Source of the DNA: Paramoeba atlantica
Taxonomy: Eukaryota > Protista > Discosea
DNA length: 64,000 nucleotides
NCBI GenBank assembly: GCA_977017575.1
Contig: CDRNVI010000009.1
Coordinates: forward strand, 682,001-746,000
Reading direction: 5' to 3'
The position numbers and the translations under genes are program-made. The notes under the pieces are model-generated. The model saw only the letters and a program-made list of their open reading frames with translations, did not search any database and was not told the origin of the DNA. Shown piece after piece: positions 1 to 10,473 of the stretch (within the stretch, counting starts at the first letter, position 1; each line of letters opens with the position of its first letter).

Positions 1-5
1 CATAC

Positions 6-1595
6 ATGAGCATTGATGCTTATACGGACCTCATCGTCCTGCTCATAAAATGTTGTGGTTGGGGCGCTCAAACGACAGAAAAAGATTTGTCAACTGTGGA
101 CCAAAAGGTTGCAGAGTCAACCGGCGAAACTGAAAAGCCTGACAGCGCCCGAATGCAATGCCTGCAAGCAGAAGTAGCTCTTGTGAGTCGTACTCTCGAC
201 GCGATTCAGAAAGTTTTATTGCGAAACCACAGCTACTTCGCTTCCAGAAGCTCGTCTCGAGATATTCCTGAAATGAGTTCTGCGCACGAGATGCAGCAAG
301 AGTTTCAACAGCAACCCTATTTTCGCATGCTGTCAAACCTATTCATTGTTCTGTTCACTCAAAGTGCGACCTCTCGAACCGACGAGTTTCGATCCTCTAC
401 AGTACAAAGGTACTTAAATGCAACAGTTGACACCTTGGTGAACCTTTCGCCACAAAGAGTTCCCGGGTTTGCGTTCGGATGGCTCGAGCTTGTATCTCAT
501 CGGTGCTTCTTGCCCAAGCTGCTCAGCGTGTCTCAGAAAGGTGTTTCGGAAACTGTCGTGCGCAGCTCTCGCGATCGATGCACGACGTTGCTCCGCGAGG
601 CTTTGACGTTTCTCAGCACAATGTCTCCCGTCCTACAAGATGGTACCATTTCCAATGGGTTTCGCCTTTTCCACAAGGCACTGCTTCGTACTCTTCTCAT
701 TCTCCTGCACGATTTTCCAAACTACATGTACACCTGTGGTGTTGCGCTGGCGGAGGTCATACCCAACGAGTGCATCCAACTCCGAAACATTCCTTTGGCT
801 GCGTTTCCTCGGACGCTTAAGCTGCCCGATCCCTTCACCGTGAAGCTTTTTGCTGACCAGGAACTTCCAGAAATGCGAACGTTACTCCCCTTTCCAGCAC
901 ACTACGGCACTCTGTTGCAATCCTCCAAGTCCGAGGCCTTGAATGTCACACTCTCTACCGAAATACAGAAATTCATTACCGAGAAACAGCCTGAGAATCT
1001 CCCACAGAAGTTAGCGCTGCTTTTTCGTGAGCACATGGGCGGTGAGTACGGGGCCCATCCCCAGTCCCGCTCCTTCCTCCCCGAGGCTGTGATTTCACGT
1101 CTCGTGCACCACGTGGCTGAGGTTTTCGTTCACGTCGCTCAAAACAAGGAGGAGGCTAGCCGCCGGTTAACCTTGTCCAGCGCAATCCAGAATGCAGTAG
1201 TGCTACTGGCCTCGGTGACATCCCGAATGGTCGCCTATGAGCGCTATGGTGTGTTCTGTGCTCTGGCCAACCACCTGCGGTATCCCTGTTCCCAGACCTA
1301 TGTGGCCTCCCGGCTAATTTTAAGTTTATATGAAAATTCTAGTCCTGTTTTGGCGAAGGAAAAAAATTCAGATGCCTTGCTGTACCGCGAGCAGCTCACC
1401 CGGGTGTTGCTGGAACGGGTCCTGGTGCACCGTCCCCATCCCTGGGGTCTGCTGGTGACGTTTGTAGAGCTCACAGGAAATCGTGCACAGTATGAGTTTT
1501 GGACCCAGCCCGCGCTACAGGCGATTCCAGAGATGGTGAAGTTACTGGATGCTGTGGGACGTAGAACGGGCACCGCGGCGAAGCGATCGACATAA
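6..1595 (+). CDS. NOT1: CCR4-NOT subunit NOT1, C-terminal domain (probably 5'-partial, continues upstream of the window)
   Basis: Not1 C-terminal motifs RVPGFAFGWLELVSHR, HDFP, CIQLRN...AFPR..KLPDPF, ANHLRYP, EQLTRVLLERVLVHRPHPWGLLVTFVEL. The frame is open to the window edge. Confidence 0.92.
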   Translation: MSIDAYTDLIVLLIKCCGWGAQTTEKDLSTVDQKVAESTGETEKPDSARMQCLQAEVALVSRTLDAIQKVLLRNHSYFASRSSSRDIPEMSSAHEMQQEFQQQPYFRMLSNLFIVLFTQSATSRTDEFRSSTVQRYLNATVDTLVNLSPQRVPGFAFGWLELVSHRCFLPKLLSVSQKGVSETVVRSSRDRCTTLLREALTFLSTMSPVLQDGTISNGFRLFHKALLRTLLILLHDFPNYMYTCGVALAEVIPNECIQLRNIPLAAFPRTLKLPDPFTVKLFADQELPEMRTLLPFPAHYGTLLQSSKSEALNVTLSTEIQKFITEKQPENLPQKLALLFREHMGGEYGAHPQSRSFLPEAVISRLVHHVAEVFVHVAQNKEEASRRLTLSSAIQNAVVLLASVTSRMVAYERYGVFCALANHLRYPCSQTYVASRLILSLYENSSPVLAKEKNSDALLYREQLTRVLLERVLVHRPHPWGLLVTFVELTGNRAQYEFWTQPALQAIPEMVKLLDAVGRRTGTAAKRST

Positions 1596-1989
1596 AAAAT
1601 CTGGCACGAAGCGTCAGGATCATGAATATGAAAGTGGACGTGCGCATTTCTAGCTTTCAAAAGGGAAAAAATATTTTATGAGCGGCATGGAACCATTTCG
1701 CTTTGTGCGGAGCTGAGCAAAGAATCGCCCTATGTTACCCTGTCATGTGTAGGCTTACAGGTACTTCAAAGGGTTCTATCACTATTTTACTACAGACCTT
1801 TATTTCTGTTATTGATAGATTACGTTGACCATATTGTATTTGTGTTGAGTTCTTTTTAATAGATTTGTTAACAGGACGAAAAAGCGAGCATTAAATGAGA
1901 AATCGACCTCAATGCCTCTGTACAAATTCTATCCAAGTCTCCACACACAATACAGCAACGTCGTTTTTTGAGCATTAGAAAGTTTTCTT

Positions 1990-3603
1990 ATGTGTGTATA
2001 CTCTTATGGGGTCCTTCCGGAAGGGAATCATCTTTCGCATACTCGAACCCGCGAAACACAACCTGATTCTAAAGAAAACTCTTTCTACGTTGAGGAACCT
2101 GTTAGCAAGGACACTCCGCTCTCCAATTTAGGTCGTTCGCTATGTCACCTTTCTCACTTTTTCGTCGTAGAAAATTTGCTAGAATATTGTGAACCTAAGG
2201 AACTCTGTGTTCTTTCGTGCACAAACAAATTATGGTACACACTGACGCATGCTGATGCTCTCTGGCGTAAGTTATATTGCATTGGCTATGTGAACGAAAA
2301 AGAAAAGTCTGCTCTCAAACACAATCAAAAAAATCTCAAAAATTTGCAAAGTCTTACCCTACAAAATCTTACCGGGCGAAATCGTGAAACGTTTTGGAAA
2401 ACTCTCGTAACGGGCCAACCTCATGTGCCCCTCTCGGTTTCCGGAGTATACAGCGATTATTTATTCCACTTGTGGCGATGCGCCGCAACCGACCCCTCCA
2501 CTTATTTAACAGAACAACGACGCCACACCGGTAAAACACTCCCCCAAGTCCCCGCCCTCCACGTCACCCAACTCCCTCCCCCCCAATTCACCGAGCACTA
2601 CGAAAAACCCAACACCCCCGTCATCCTCCGCGGGGCCGTACAACACTACTGGCCCCACCTCTCCCCCCTCTCCACCCCCGCCCACCTCCCCGCCCACCTC
2701 CCCGCCCTCCACAGCCCCGAGCGTCTCCTCCAGTGTGAGTCCCTCTCCCTCTCCCTCCCCGCCTACCACGCCTACCTCCACACCCCCACCCTCCACGGGG
2801 AGCGCCCCTTCTATCTCTTCGACCCCCATGTCCTTACCGGTGTGAACCTCTCCCTCCCGCATTTCCCCCAGGACTACTTCTCCGTGCTCGGGGAATCCGC
2901 CCGGCCCCACCATCGGTGGCTCGTGGTGGGGCCAACAAGAAGCGGGAGCAGTTTCCACACCGACCCGAACGGGACCAGCGCGTGGAACGCGACCCTTCGG
3001 GGACGTAAGTGGTGGCTGTTCTTCCCCCCGGAAGGTAGAGACCCCCCCGGGGTGGTGCGTAGCCCCGACGGGGTCGAGCTCGCCACCTCGCCCAGTTTAA
3101 TGGAGTGGGTGATGACGTACTACCGCGGGGTGGTGGAGGCGTATGGCACGGCTCCGGGGAGGGGGGGGATACAAAGAGGAAAAAAGAGGAGGAGCCGTGT
3201 CGCAGCGTCGTGGGGTGGGGCAACAAGGTCGCGTGTGATGTGTTGCGAAGCGGAGACGAGGACGGGGGATGTTCTTTTTGTCCCTTGTGGGTGGTGGCAT
3301 ATGGTGGTTAATCTCGAGGAAAGTATCGCGTTTACGGAGAATTATGTGGGGGATTACAACCTGCGGTATGTGTTGCGTTTTCTACATGCCTCTCCGAGGG
3401 GTATTACCGGGTTGAATGGGGTAGATGATGACTCAGAGAGTGATGCGGCAGAAAGGAAACGCGCGGAATTTTACAAAAAGTTTAGTAAAGCACTGAGGAA
3501 ACGGTTTCCTTCAATGAGTCCTTTGATTGACGAAGAAAATAGCGTGAAACCGTGTTCTCGTGTTGCTCCATTACTAGTGTCCGATACGCCCTTCGAATTT
3601 TGA
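1990..3603 (+). CDS. F-box + JmjC-domain protein (JMJD6-like oxygenase)
   Basis: F-box-like LLEYCEPKELCVLSCTNKLWY; JmjC motifs RWLVVGPTRSGSSFHTDPNGTSAWNA, GRKWWLFFPP, GDVLFVPCGWWHMVVNLEESIAFTENY. Confidence 0.88.
   Translation: MCVYSYGVLPEGNHLSHTRTRETQPDSKENSFYVEEPVSKDTPLSNLGRSLCHLSHFFVVENLLEYCEPKELCVLSCTNKLWYTLTHADALWRKLYCIGYVNEKEKSALKHNQKNLKNLQSLTLQNLTGRNRETFWKTLVTGQPHVPLSVSGVYSDYLFHLWRCAATDPSTYLTEQRRHTGKTLPQVPALHVTQLPPPQFTEHYEKPNTPVILRGAVQHYWPHLSPLSTPAHLPAHLPALHSPERLLQCESLSLSLPAYHAYLHTPTLHGERPFYLFDPHVLTGVNLSLPHFPQDYFSVLGESARPHHRWLVVGPTRSGSSFHTDPNGTSAWNATLRGRKWWLFFPPEGRDPPGVVRSPDGVELATSPSLMEWVMTYYRGVVEAYGTAPGRGGIQRGKKRRSRVAASWGGATRSRVMCCEAETRTGDVLFVPCGWWHMVVNLEESIAFTENYVGDYNLRYVLRFLHASPRGITGLNGVDDDSESDAAERKRAEFYKKFSKALRKRFPSMSPLIDEENSVKPCSRVAPLLVSDTPFEF
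2480..3430. other. C/A-rich to G/T-rich skew-switch island 1 (switch near 2900)
   Basis: Hand count at 2641-2700 gives 40 C vs 4 G; G-runs dominate from about 2930 to 3420. Lies inside the JmjC CDS. Confidence 0.8.
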
Positions 3604-3901
3604 TTCAGGGGCAATGCATATCTGGCAATCCCAATTATTGATGTCACAATGAAAGCGGAATCATATACCCGTTTAACATACCCCCCGGGATGTTGTCAAG
3701 GTATAGGTATGTTATCTAGGTATAGGTATGTTGCTTTTAATATTCGCGACATTGAGCAGTGGAGTGAGGGCACGTGCTCGTGAAGGTTTTAAAAACGTAG
3801 GAGAAACTCGTTTTGTGCGAGGATTGCATGCTAGTGATGCATCTTCTGGGTATCAATCTCTGCAGTTAAACTGCATGAATATCATATCTAGTGAAGAAAT
3901 A

Positions 3902-4665
3902 CAGGGGCGGTTGTTGATCTTGCCCCCTCTTGAGAAATTTTAATTTTTTTTATCCGTTTTCGCTTATCTTTGCAGCATTGAAGAGATCTCGTTCCCCTAG
4001 CGAAGCTCTTTGCCGCCTTTTTTTCATAGAGACCCTCTGATGCCCCCTGGGTTGAAAAACACAGTTTTTTTGGGATTTTTTTTGTGCACACAACCATTTT
4101 TTCCCCGCACTTTCATGTTTTTGTGGTTTATTTGAATGTGTATAAGCTTAAATAGACCTCTAATTTCTTTATGCTCAAGCAATATTTCAGTAGAAACAAC
4201 AATAGCTGCTTAATAGAAATTTTCAAACCTCAACAACACGAATACAAGACCGACTAACCCTAAAAGTGGTGAATATGTAGAAGGGTGGAAAGAAATTGGC
4301 AAAAATACCCCCTAATTTCGCACAGAAGAAAAAGGGTTAAACTCCATTGATTCGGTTTGCAATAGGCTTCGAAACATACTGCAAAACAGTGGAGGATCTT
4401 CTGGATATTGATTCGTTGTGGTCTTCTTCTAGGACAAACATTTTTTTTGTTGAAATCATGTTTTCTGAATATGATTAAAAATCCAAAATTTCCGATTTTT
4501 GTCAACTTTCGAGTCGCCGACAGGGCATCAGCGGGTCTCTATGAAAAAAAGGCGGCAAAGAGCTTCGCTAGGGGAACGAGATCTCTTCAATGCTGCAAAG
4601 ATGAGCAAAAACGGATAGAAAAATTAAAAATTCCCAGGAGGGGGCAAGATCAACAACCGCCCCTG
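3902..4665. mobile_element. Non-autonomous Tc1/mariner-type MITE, about 145-bp TIRs, TA TSD
   Basis: TA|CAGGGGCGGTTGTTGATCTTGCCCCCTC ... GGGGCAAGATCAACAACCGCCCCTG|TA; 3902-4047 is the reverse complement of 4520-4665; no internal coding capacity. Confidence 0.88.
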
Positions 4666-4755
4666 TAGAAAAGAGAAGAAAAGCACTTTCACTGTTAGAA
4701 CCTATACTGAACGATATACCGCGCGTAGTACTAAATAATAAAATGTGTTAGAATA

Positions 4756-5615
4756 CAGGGGGCATCAGCTCGATCTGGGGGGGTCTAAAAATTTGAATAC
4801 TTGGCCAATTTTGGAAAATCATAGCGCATTCGAGAGCTCTCACATAGCCCTCTGGTGGAATACATGTATATATCGTTTCCCGTGTAATTAGCAGTATCGT
4901 AAAATGGTAAGAGTACCAAAAACGTCAATTGCAAGTTTTTTAAAAAAAATCACCTTTTTCGCATAAAATTGAGCAGATGAACCTAGTACCCACAGTGTCC
5001 CCCCTCCTTTTCTATAACAATCCTCATTATGTTTGGCACACATTTTTGATGTGCGTTCAACGAAACGAACTTTAATAAGCAGCTCACTGTACGAAGCTGT
5101 GATGGATTCTTACAATAAATCACGGTTCAATGAATGTTTTCTGCACCTTATGACATCCATCATTGACCATAAATTTTCGATAGGAGTCATGTCTGGAGAT
5201 TTGGGTGGCCAATCCAGCATTCTAACCCCGTTATTCTTGATATGGGTACGTGCTTTGTTGTGCACAAAAACAGCTGAAGGGTGGCGGTTAAGAAATGAAA
5301 GAAATCCCCCCCTCTTTGTCATGGCCTTCGCTTGAGAGTTTGTTTGGAACACTGGAACCCAGCCTTATGAATTTCCCTCAGGATGTAATCCCAGGATGAA
5401 CATGGGCTATTCCTGCTAAGATCTTCATAAACTTGTAGAGCTGTTTCCAGCAAAGCATCGTTGCGCACAAAGCGAGATCTCTTGCCTGGTATGTTTTGAA
5501 CATCACCTGTCGCCCGATGACGTTCCACCCACAACTTGACAGTGCTTTCGTGCACATGAAATTTTCGAGCTGTTTCGGAAAATGACCCTGTTTTCTCGAA
5601 ATCTTCAACTAACAA
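4756..5615 (-). pseudogene. Degenerate Tc1/mariner (DD34E) transposase with one TIR
   Basis: TA|CAGGGGG TIR is homologous to 47896-48000. Fragments: HTH FSETARKFHVHESTVKLWV (5319-5615) and LDWPPKSPDMTPIENLW (5110-5352). Confidence 0.82.
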
Positions 5616-6245
5616 TATTCTGTGTGTCAGTTATGTTTTTCCTGGGGGTGAGAAATGGGTCTCAGAGAATTTTCCTCGAGAAGAACGCGAATGCACATCT
5701 GAAAACGCATAAAAGAAACATTTTTGTTAAAAAAGTACGTGATATTGCGGTTGGATTTTTGTCCCGTTGCACGAAAAAGCCATGGGACGAGGGGGGGGTA
5801 TGTTAAGTGTCGAGGGCCAGAATACATACCCCGGTGTGTTATCCAAGGTATATGTATGCTGAACGGCTATGTGGTTCATATTTCCGCACACCCCGAGAAG
5901 AAACATCTGGCGTGTGTCCAATCGCTTTTCCGATCTGTGTAGGGAGAAAACCGCAGTTCGCCAAGCAAGTCGCTGCCCCTCGCGGGCAAGAATGAACACT
6001 GAGACTTATGTCCTCCCGCTTCATTGAGCTGTATTTGACACGATACGTCTTGAAAGTTTTCGCCGGAGGTACATACCTCCATAGTGTGCGTTGTAACGAT
6101 CGCCTCGCTCCCCTTTTCGATTCCTCCCCCCAGTGATGGGCGATGGCCCAATGATACGTCCCTGATATACCTCAGGTCCTTCTTGTTCTCATTTGATACA
6201 TGCATTACTCTGAAACGTTGTGCTTTTTAGAAAATTGATGATTTT

Positions 6246-6776
6246 ATGGACTCGCTGGATCTTTTGATCGCCACCTTATCCTCCATGCGTGTGAAGCGTG
6301 GGTTAGACCAAAAAAGAGTCCAAGAAACATGCTTTGTCTACGAAGGGTGGACAGTATGCCAACGAAAACTGACATTCGCACTTGTGGCCCAGGTGCTCTG
6401 CATAATACAGCGAAGCTTTACTGTGGGTAAGTCGAAAGTTAATCGTCGTTCGGCAACTTCTGTTGCGGAATATTTTCGTCGTGAGCTTCCCTCTGGCGAC
6501 ATCTCTGTTCTATCGAAAACGTTGCGCCGCATGTGGGTAACGTACAAGGGAACTGCATCGAAGAATGTTAAAGAGCAAAGGGGTGAACGAATGGCGATGA
6601 TACTTTCTTCGGGGTCTTCCGACGAAAAACAAATACTGACAGCTACTCGCAGCGAATCACAGAAGCCCACAGCGACTCACAGACACCCGCACATATCTCC
6701 AGATACTAACTACAGACTCACCAATGGCCTATTTGGCATGATAAATACTAGTAGCATGTATAAGCAATATCGGTAA
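6246..6776 (+). CDS. Hypothetical protein (176 aa)
   Basis: ATG-initiated ORF on the coding strand with no recognised motif; sits within a TE cluster. Confidence 0.3.
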   Translation: MDSLDLLIATLSSMRVKRGLDQKRVQETCFVYEGWTVCQRKLTFALVAQVLCIIQRSFTVGKSKVNRRSATSVAEYFRRELPSGDISVLSKTLRRMWVTYKGTASKNVKEQRGERMAMILSSGSSDEKQILTATRSESQKPTATHRHPHISPDTNYRLTNGLFGMINTSSMYKQYR

Positions 6777-6803
6777 AATTAATCATAAAGAATAAAAGTA
6801 TAC

Positions 6804-8018
6804 GGTGGGATTGAACGAATAATGTACACTTTTTTTAAATAATTTTAAATTTTTATGAAATCCTTTTTTGTGTTTCCTAGGGTGATATGTATGAATTTTT
6901 TGGATTATTAGTCAATTTTTATCTTAAAATTACGGCTAGTATTGCTTCTCTAAGGTTTCAATGAACTGCACAGGTTGCCCTCGTTTTGATTGCGCTGCTC
7001 AAATTCGCTTGACTTCAGTCGGCTCTGCCGCAGAGGAAACGTGTATGTTGTGGATGCGAAACTACAAACTCACTGTACAAAGCGTTTCCTGCGAGCGTGG
7101 GCATGAGCGGGTACTGTGTAATCTGAAGGGAGGCAAGTTCCACTGCCCAGTACGCTCCTGCCGCAATTTGATGTCACAGGACGGTCCTCTCAAGCACTCA
7201 AAGACAAAGGTGTCCGCAAAGCAGATTCTAATTGGGATCGTTTCCTTTTCTTATAGCATGCTGGGAACAGAAGTTGCAAAGGAAGAAGAAGTCTCTCAAA
7301 GAACTGTAGTTTTGCAACGCCAAATTATCGAAAAATCATTGTCTGAGGTTCATAAAATCCGTCAGCGGAACGCCGAGGGAACAGTATCCTTTATGCAAGT
7401 CGATGAGACGTGGTTCTCAAAGATCAAGCGAGGGGGAAACAACCGAAACCAGCGGGTACGCGCTGGTGGTAGCCAGATAGTTCAGACTCTGGCCGAATGT
7501 ACTCGTGACAGCAAGCTGACAGAGATACATGTCACGCCTGTGCCTCAAAAAAGCGCAGAACACTTAATTCCCCCCATCGAGGCTATGTGTGCCTCCTCGC
7601 GTACGCGGATCCATACCGACGGGGCCAGGCACAACAATTTTCTTGAAGGAAAGTATCAATGGGATTCGGTTATCCACAGAAATGAGTGGATCAGTGATTC
7701 CGGTGTGCACACTAACACCGTAGAAGGAGCAAACAGCATGTTGAAGAGAACTTTGACGCGTTGTGGCGGCCAACTTGGTAGAAGCAATGAAAACCGGCAT
7801 GAGCGTGTGCGCGCCCTGGCAGAAAAATGTAACGGATCTCTACGGGTGAATGGAGCAAATGTTTTGAAGCGAGTTTTGGAGGATCTTCGCGTGTATTGTG
7901 CGCATTATGTTCTGCAGTAAGAAGCATTTTTTTTGTTAGATAATGATCGAAGGGAAAATATCGTCTTTTTAAAAATTCTGAAAACTGAAATTTTGTACAT
8001 TATTCGTTCAATCCGACC
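6804..8018 (+). mobile_element. Structurally intact Merlin (IS1595/IS1016-like) DNA transposon
   Basis: 25-bp TIRs GGT(G/C)GGATTGAACGAATAATGTACA at 6804-6828 and 7994-8018; perfect 8-bp TSD AAGTATAC at 6796-6803 and 8019-8026. Confidence 0.95.
6961..7920 (+). CDS. Merlin/IS1595-family DDE transposase
   Basis: N-terminal Cys/His zinc-ribbon-like region; MQVDETWF, RIHTDGA and VIHRNEWISDSGVHTNTVEGANSMLKR motifs; uninterrupted 319 aa. Confidence 0.93.
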   Translation: MNCTGCPRFDCAAQIRLTSVGSAAEETCMLWMRNYKLTVQSVSCERGHERVLCNLKGGKFHCPVRSCRNLMSQDGPLKHSKTKVSAKQILIGIVSFSYSMLGTEVAKEEEVSQRTVVLQRQIIEKSLSEVHKIRQRNAEGTVSFMQVDETWFSKIKRGGNNRNQRVRAGGSQIVQTLAECTRDSKLTEIHVTPVPQKSAEHLIPPIEAMCASSRTRIHTDGARHNNFLEGKYQWDSVIHRNEWISDSGVHTNTVEGANSMLKRTLTRCGGQLGRSNENRHERVRALAEKCNGSLRVNGANVLKRVLEDLRVYCAHYVLQ

Positions 8019-8100
8019 AAGTATACAAACAATGCGGAAATAGAATTTTAAAAAAGGCACCACAATTTCCTCTAAATCGCGAAAAAAAACAGGTGGAAAA

Positions 8101-8883
8101 ATGTACAATAATTTCAAACAGGATTTCAGGTATAAATGTACTGCATGTGTAATTCTGACGATGACTCATTCATACATATTGTATTATCTAGGTTTTACGG
8201 ACAATCAAGCGTCGTCCAGAAAGTGGAGTGAGACCGAATCGCATGGATCGCCCGGCGCACTACTCTCAGGGGCGAATCCCGATATTTCTCTCCACTCCCG
8301 ACCCGCTAAAGTCAGTTGCGTTTCTTTGCCCGTTGAGTACGAATTAATGAAACTTGTACAAAGAGTGGTAGATCGTCCCACTACATGGAACCTGGAAACA
8401 CCTGGTTGTAAATGGGTCGGAGTAGACTGTGACTTTAAAGGCAATGTGATTCGCATCAATTATCCGGCAAGACACATACGGAATGAGTTAGATATAAGAT
8501 TTTTGCCACAGACACTGAGACATTTCAACCTAAGTGCCAATAAGCTGTCCGGACGTTTTTCCTTCGTAAGCTTACCTTCGACCTTAACCTACCTTGCCAT
8601 CAATCACAACGAGTTCAGCGGCGCCACAAATTTTCTCCTTTTGCCCCTTCTGCTAACACATCTTGACATTGCGCATAACAAATTTGAAGGTGAGGTAGAT
8701 TTCTCGGCACTTCCTCCTCCCTTAGTCCGCATTTTTCTTAATGACAATGTGAAACTGGAGGGCACAGTAGACGTGCAGTGTTCATTAAAAGGTATGTACT
8801 ACAATATCGAAAACACAAAGATCATCGCACTCAACGGGCGGAGTCGCCGTCTTCTATATGAAAATTCGTTTTTCTTGTCATAG
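8101..8883 (+). CDS. Short leucine-rich-repeat protein, family copy 1 (true start may be downstream)
   Basis: LPVEYELMKL..W....CKWVGVDCD cap followed by LP..L..FNLSANKLSG-type repeats. Confidence 0.85.
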   Translation: MYNNFKQDFRYKCTACVILTMTHSYILYYLGFTDNQASSRKWSETESHGSPGALLSGANPDISLHSRPAKVSCVSLPVEYELMKLVQRVVDRPTTWNLETPGCKWVGVDCDFKGNVIRINYPARHIRNELDIRFLPQTLRHFNLSANKLSGRFSFVSLPSTLTYLAINHNEFSGATNFLLLPLLLTHLDIAHNKFEGEVDFSALPPPLVRIFLNDNVKLEGTVDVQCSLKGMYYNIENTKIIALNGRSRRLLYENSFFLS

Positions 8884-8985
8884 TGCATAAAATGCAACGA
8901 GGGTGGGAAAGCGCATTTCTTTTCGAAACTTTATAGTTCCAACTGTTGAACTTCACTGGGACTACTCCCCCTCTCATCAATAACG

Positions 8986-9500
8986 TTTTTAGGCTCCTCG
9001 TTAAACGCGGTGGTTGTTTTCAACTTAGAAGTCACTCATGCTGCTTCGCGTTGAAAACTACCTCCGCGTTTAACGAAGAGCCTAAAAAAGAAAAATCGCC
9101 AAAAGATCATGAATAATCTATTTTTTTGGGTGAAAAAGCTGGATTTTTCAGGCAAAATGCGAAATTTCAAGCCGAATTTGGGCCGTTTTTGATGCCTTAC
9201 CAGTAGGTGCAGGAGGCGAATCTGTCGAAAAAAACGTCGTAGAATGGTAGCCGAGGTGCAAAACTCTTAAAATACGTTTTAGGAGTCGATTTTAGAAAAA
9301 TAATATTTTATTTTTATTTTTTTTTGGGTCAAATTTTCTTTTTTTTGGTCACCCCAAAAATTTCGGAAATTTTGACCTTGTCGGATCCCTCCTGCGCGTA
9401 CCAGGGGGGGGGGGTGGAAAATTATCGCCGCGGCCTACTCTACCACTTCCCTGCGCTCGATTTTGAAAAGCCCCCATGGACCCCCCCATGGATGGATGGA
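8986..9500. repeat. Dispersed hairpin-terminated repeat (family A), inverted relative to the 56.56-57.10 kb copy
   Basis: Terminal stem of about 38 bp (8986-9089): TTTTAGGCTCCTCGTTAAACGCGGTGGTTGTTTTCAAC / GTTGAAAACTACCTCCGCGTTTAACGAAGAGCCTAAAA. The body 9090-9500 is the reverse complement of about 56560-57000. Confidence 0.88.
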
Positions 9501-9905
9501 TGCCCGATTTTTGTGCCCGATTTCGTTTCAGGTGAGTTTTCGAACAAAATATTTAAAAAGACGTAAGAATCGAATTGAGTGACAAGATCAATAGTTTTTC
9601 AAGAATTCCGGTAGGTACCCGCTGCCCGCCCCCCTCCCCACCAGGGTGATCATAGCAATCTTTGAAATTTATATACCCGTATACTCTTTGGTTTCATTTG
9701 ATATTTATTCACCCTGTCCCGGTAATGAACCTACAAAGGCCAAAATTTACCTGGAAGCGTGTGACACGCAAGGCCGTAGAGGAAGGAGGAGGCGCAAGGC
9801 AAAAAGACAGAAGGAGGAGCCTTCTGTCTTTTTGCCGCGGCGACGACGACTTCTTCGCGTGGGAAGCTGTAAGGGAACCTAAGGAGCATGTTCCGATGGC
9901 TATGT

Positions 9906-10099
9906 AACCCAGGCTAAAGTGGACGATGGAGATACTAAAGGCACCTTTGTAAAACCACCTCAAAACTGGAATGGTATCGCCCGGTTTGTAGAGCAATCTG
10001 ATGTGACAAAAGGGTCTCTAACGGGGGATACCATTCCAGTTTTGAGGTGGTTTTCCAAAGGTGACTTTCGTATCTCCCTCGTCCACTTCAGCCTGGGTT
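9906..10099. repeat. Inverted repeat with about 78-bp arms and about 37-bp spacer
   Basis: 9906-9984 is the reverse complement of 10022-10099 (GATACCATTCCAGTTTTGAGGTGGTTTT..AAAGGTG...GTCCACTT.AGCCTGGGTT). Confidence 0.82.
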
Positions 10100-10473
10100 T
10101 ATTAATGAGAGGGCGATGTTCCTTCGCAATTTGCAGCTAGTGGTGAGATAACCAGCTTGGTGAGAGATCATTTCGCATTTTACCTTGGCAAAGCTGTGTT
10201 TACAAGAGAATTTTTTCTCGGAAAGTCAAAATTTGAGTCTTTCGATTCCTAGGGGGGTACGGCGGGTATGCAAAATGTGGAGGTATCTTGAACGATTAAA
10301 ATTACATGAACGATTGAAAATACATGCCACCCCGTCATTTATTAATTTTTCCTCATTTTTTAAGCAACATTTTGTGCACTTTCGTATTCACGTATTTCGC
10401 TCCAATTGTGATGTTACCCTTGCTCCAGCTTGCTGATGACGCGGAGAAATCAACGGGTTGTGAGAAAAAACAA

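Larger units (their letters stand above)
3668..5867. mobile_element. Possible outer TA-flanked element containing nested insertions
   Basis: Left end TA|CCCGTTTAACATACC; right end (reverse complement) TA|GCCGTTCAGCATACA. Both ends carry the subterminal motif CATACCCC..GG..TGTT.TC.AAGGTATA.GTATG. Confidence 0.35.

Noticed and set aside
2506-3311. Antisense and alternate-frame ORFs in the skew islands (also 13109-13738, 31707-33392, 45541-46073, 61345-62836)
   Set aside because: They are shadow ORFs caused by stop-codon depletion in GC-rich skewed DNA overlapping real genes.
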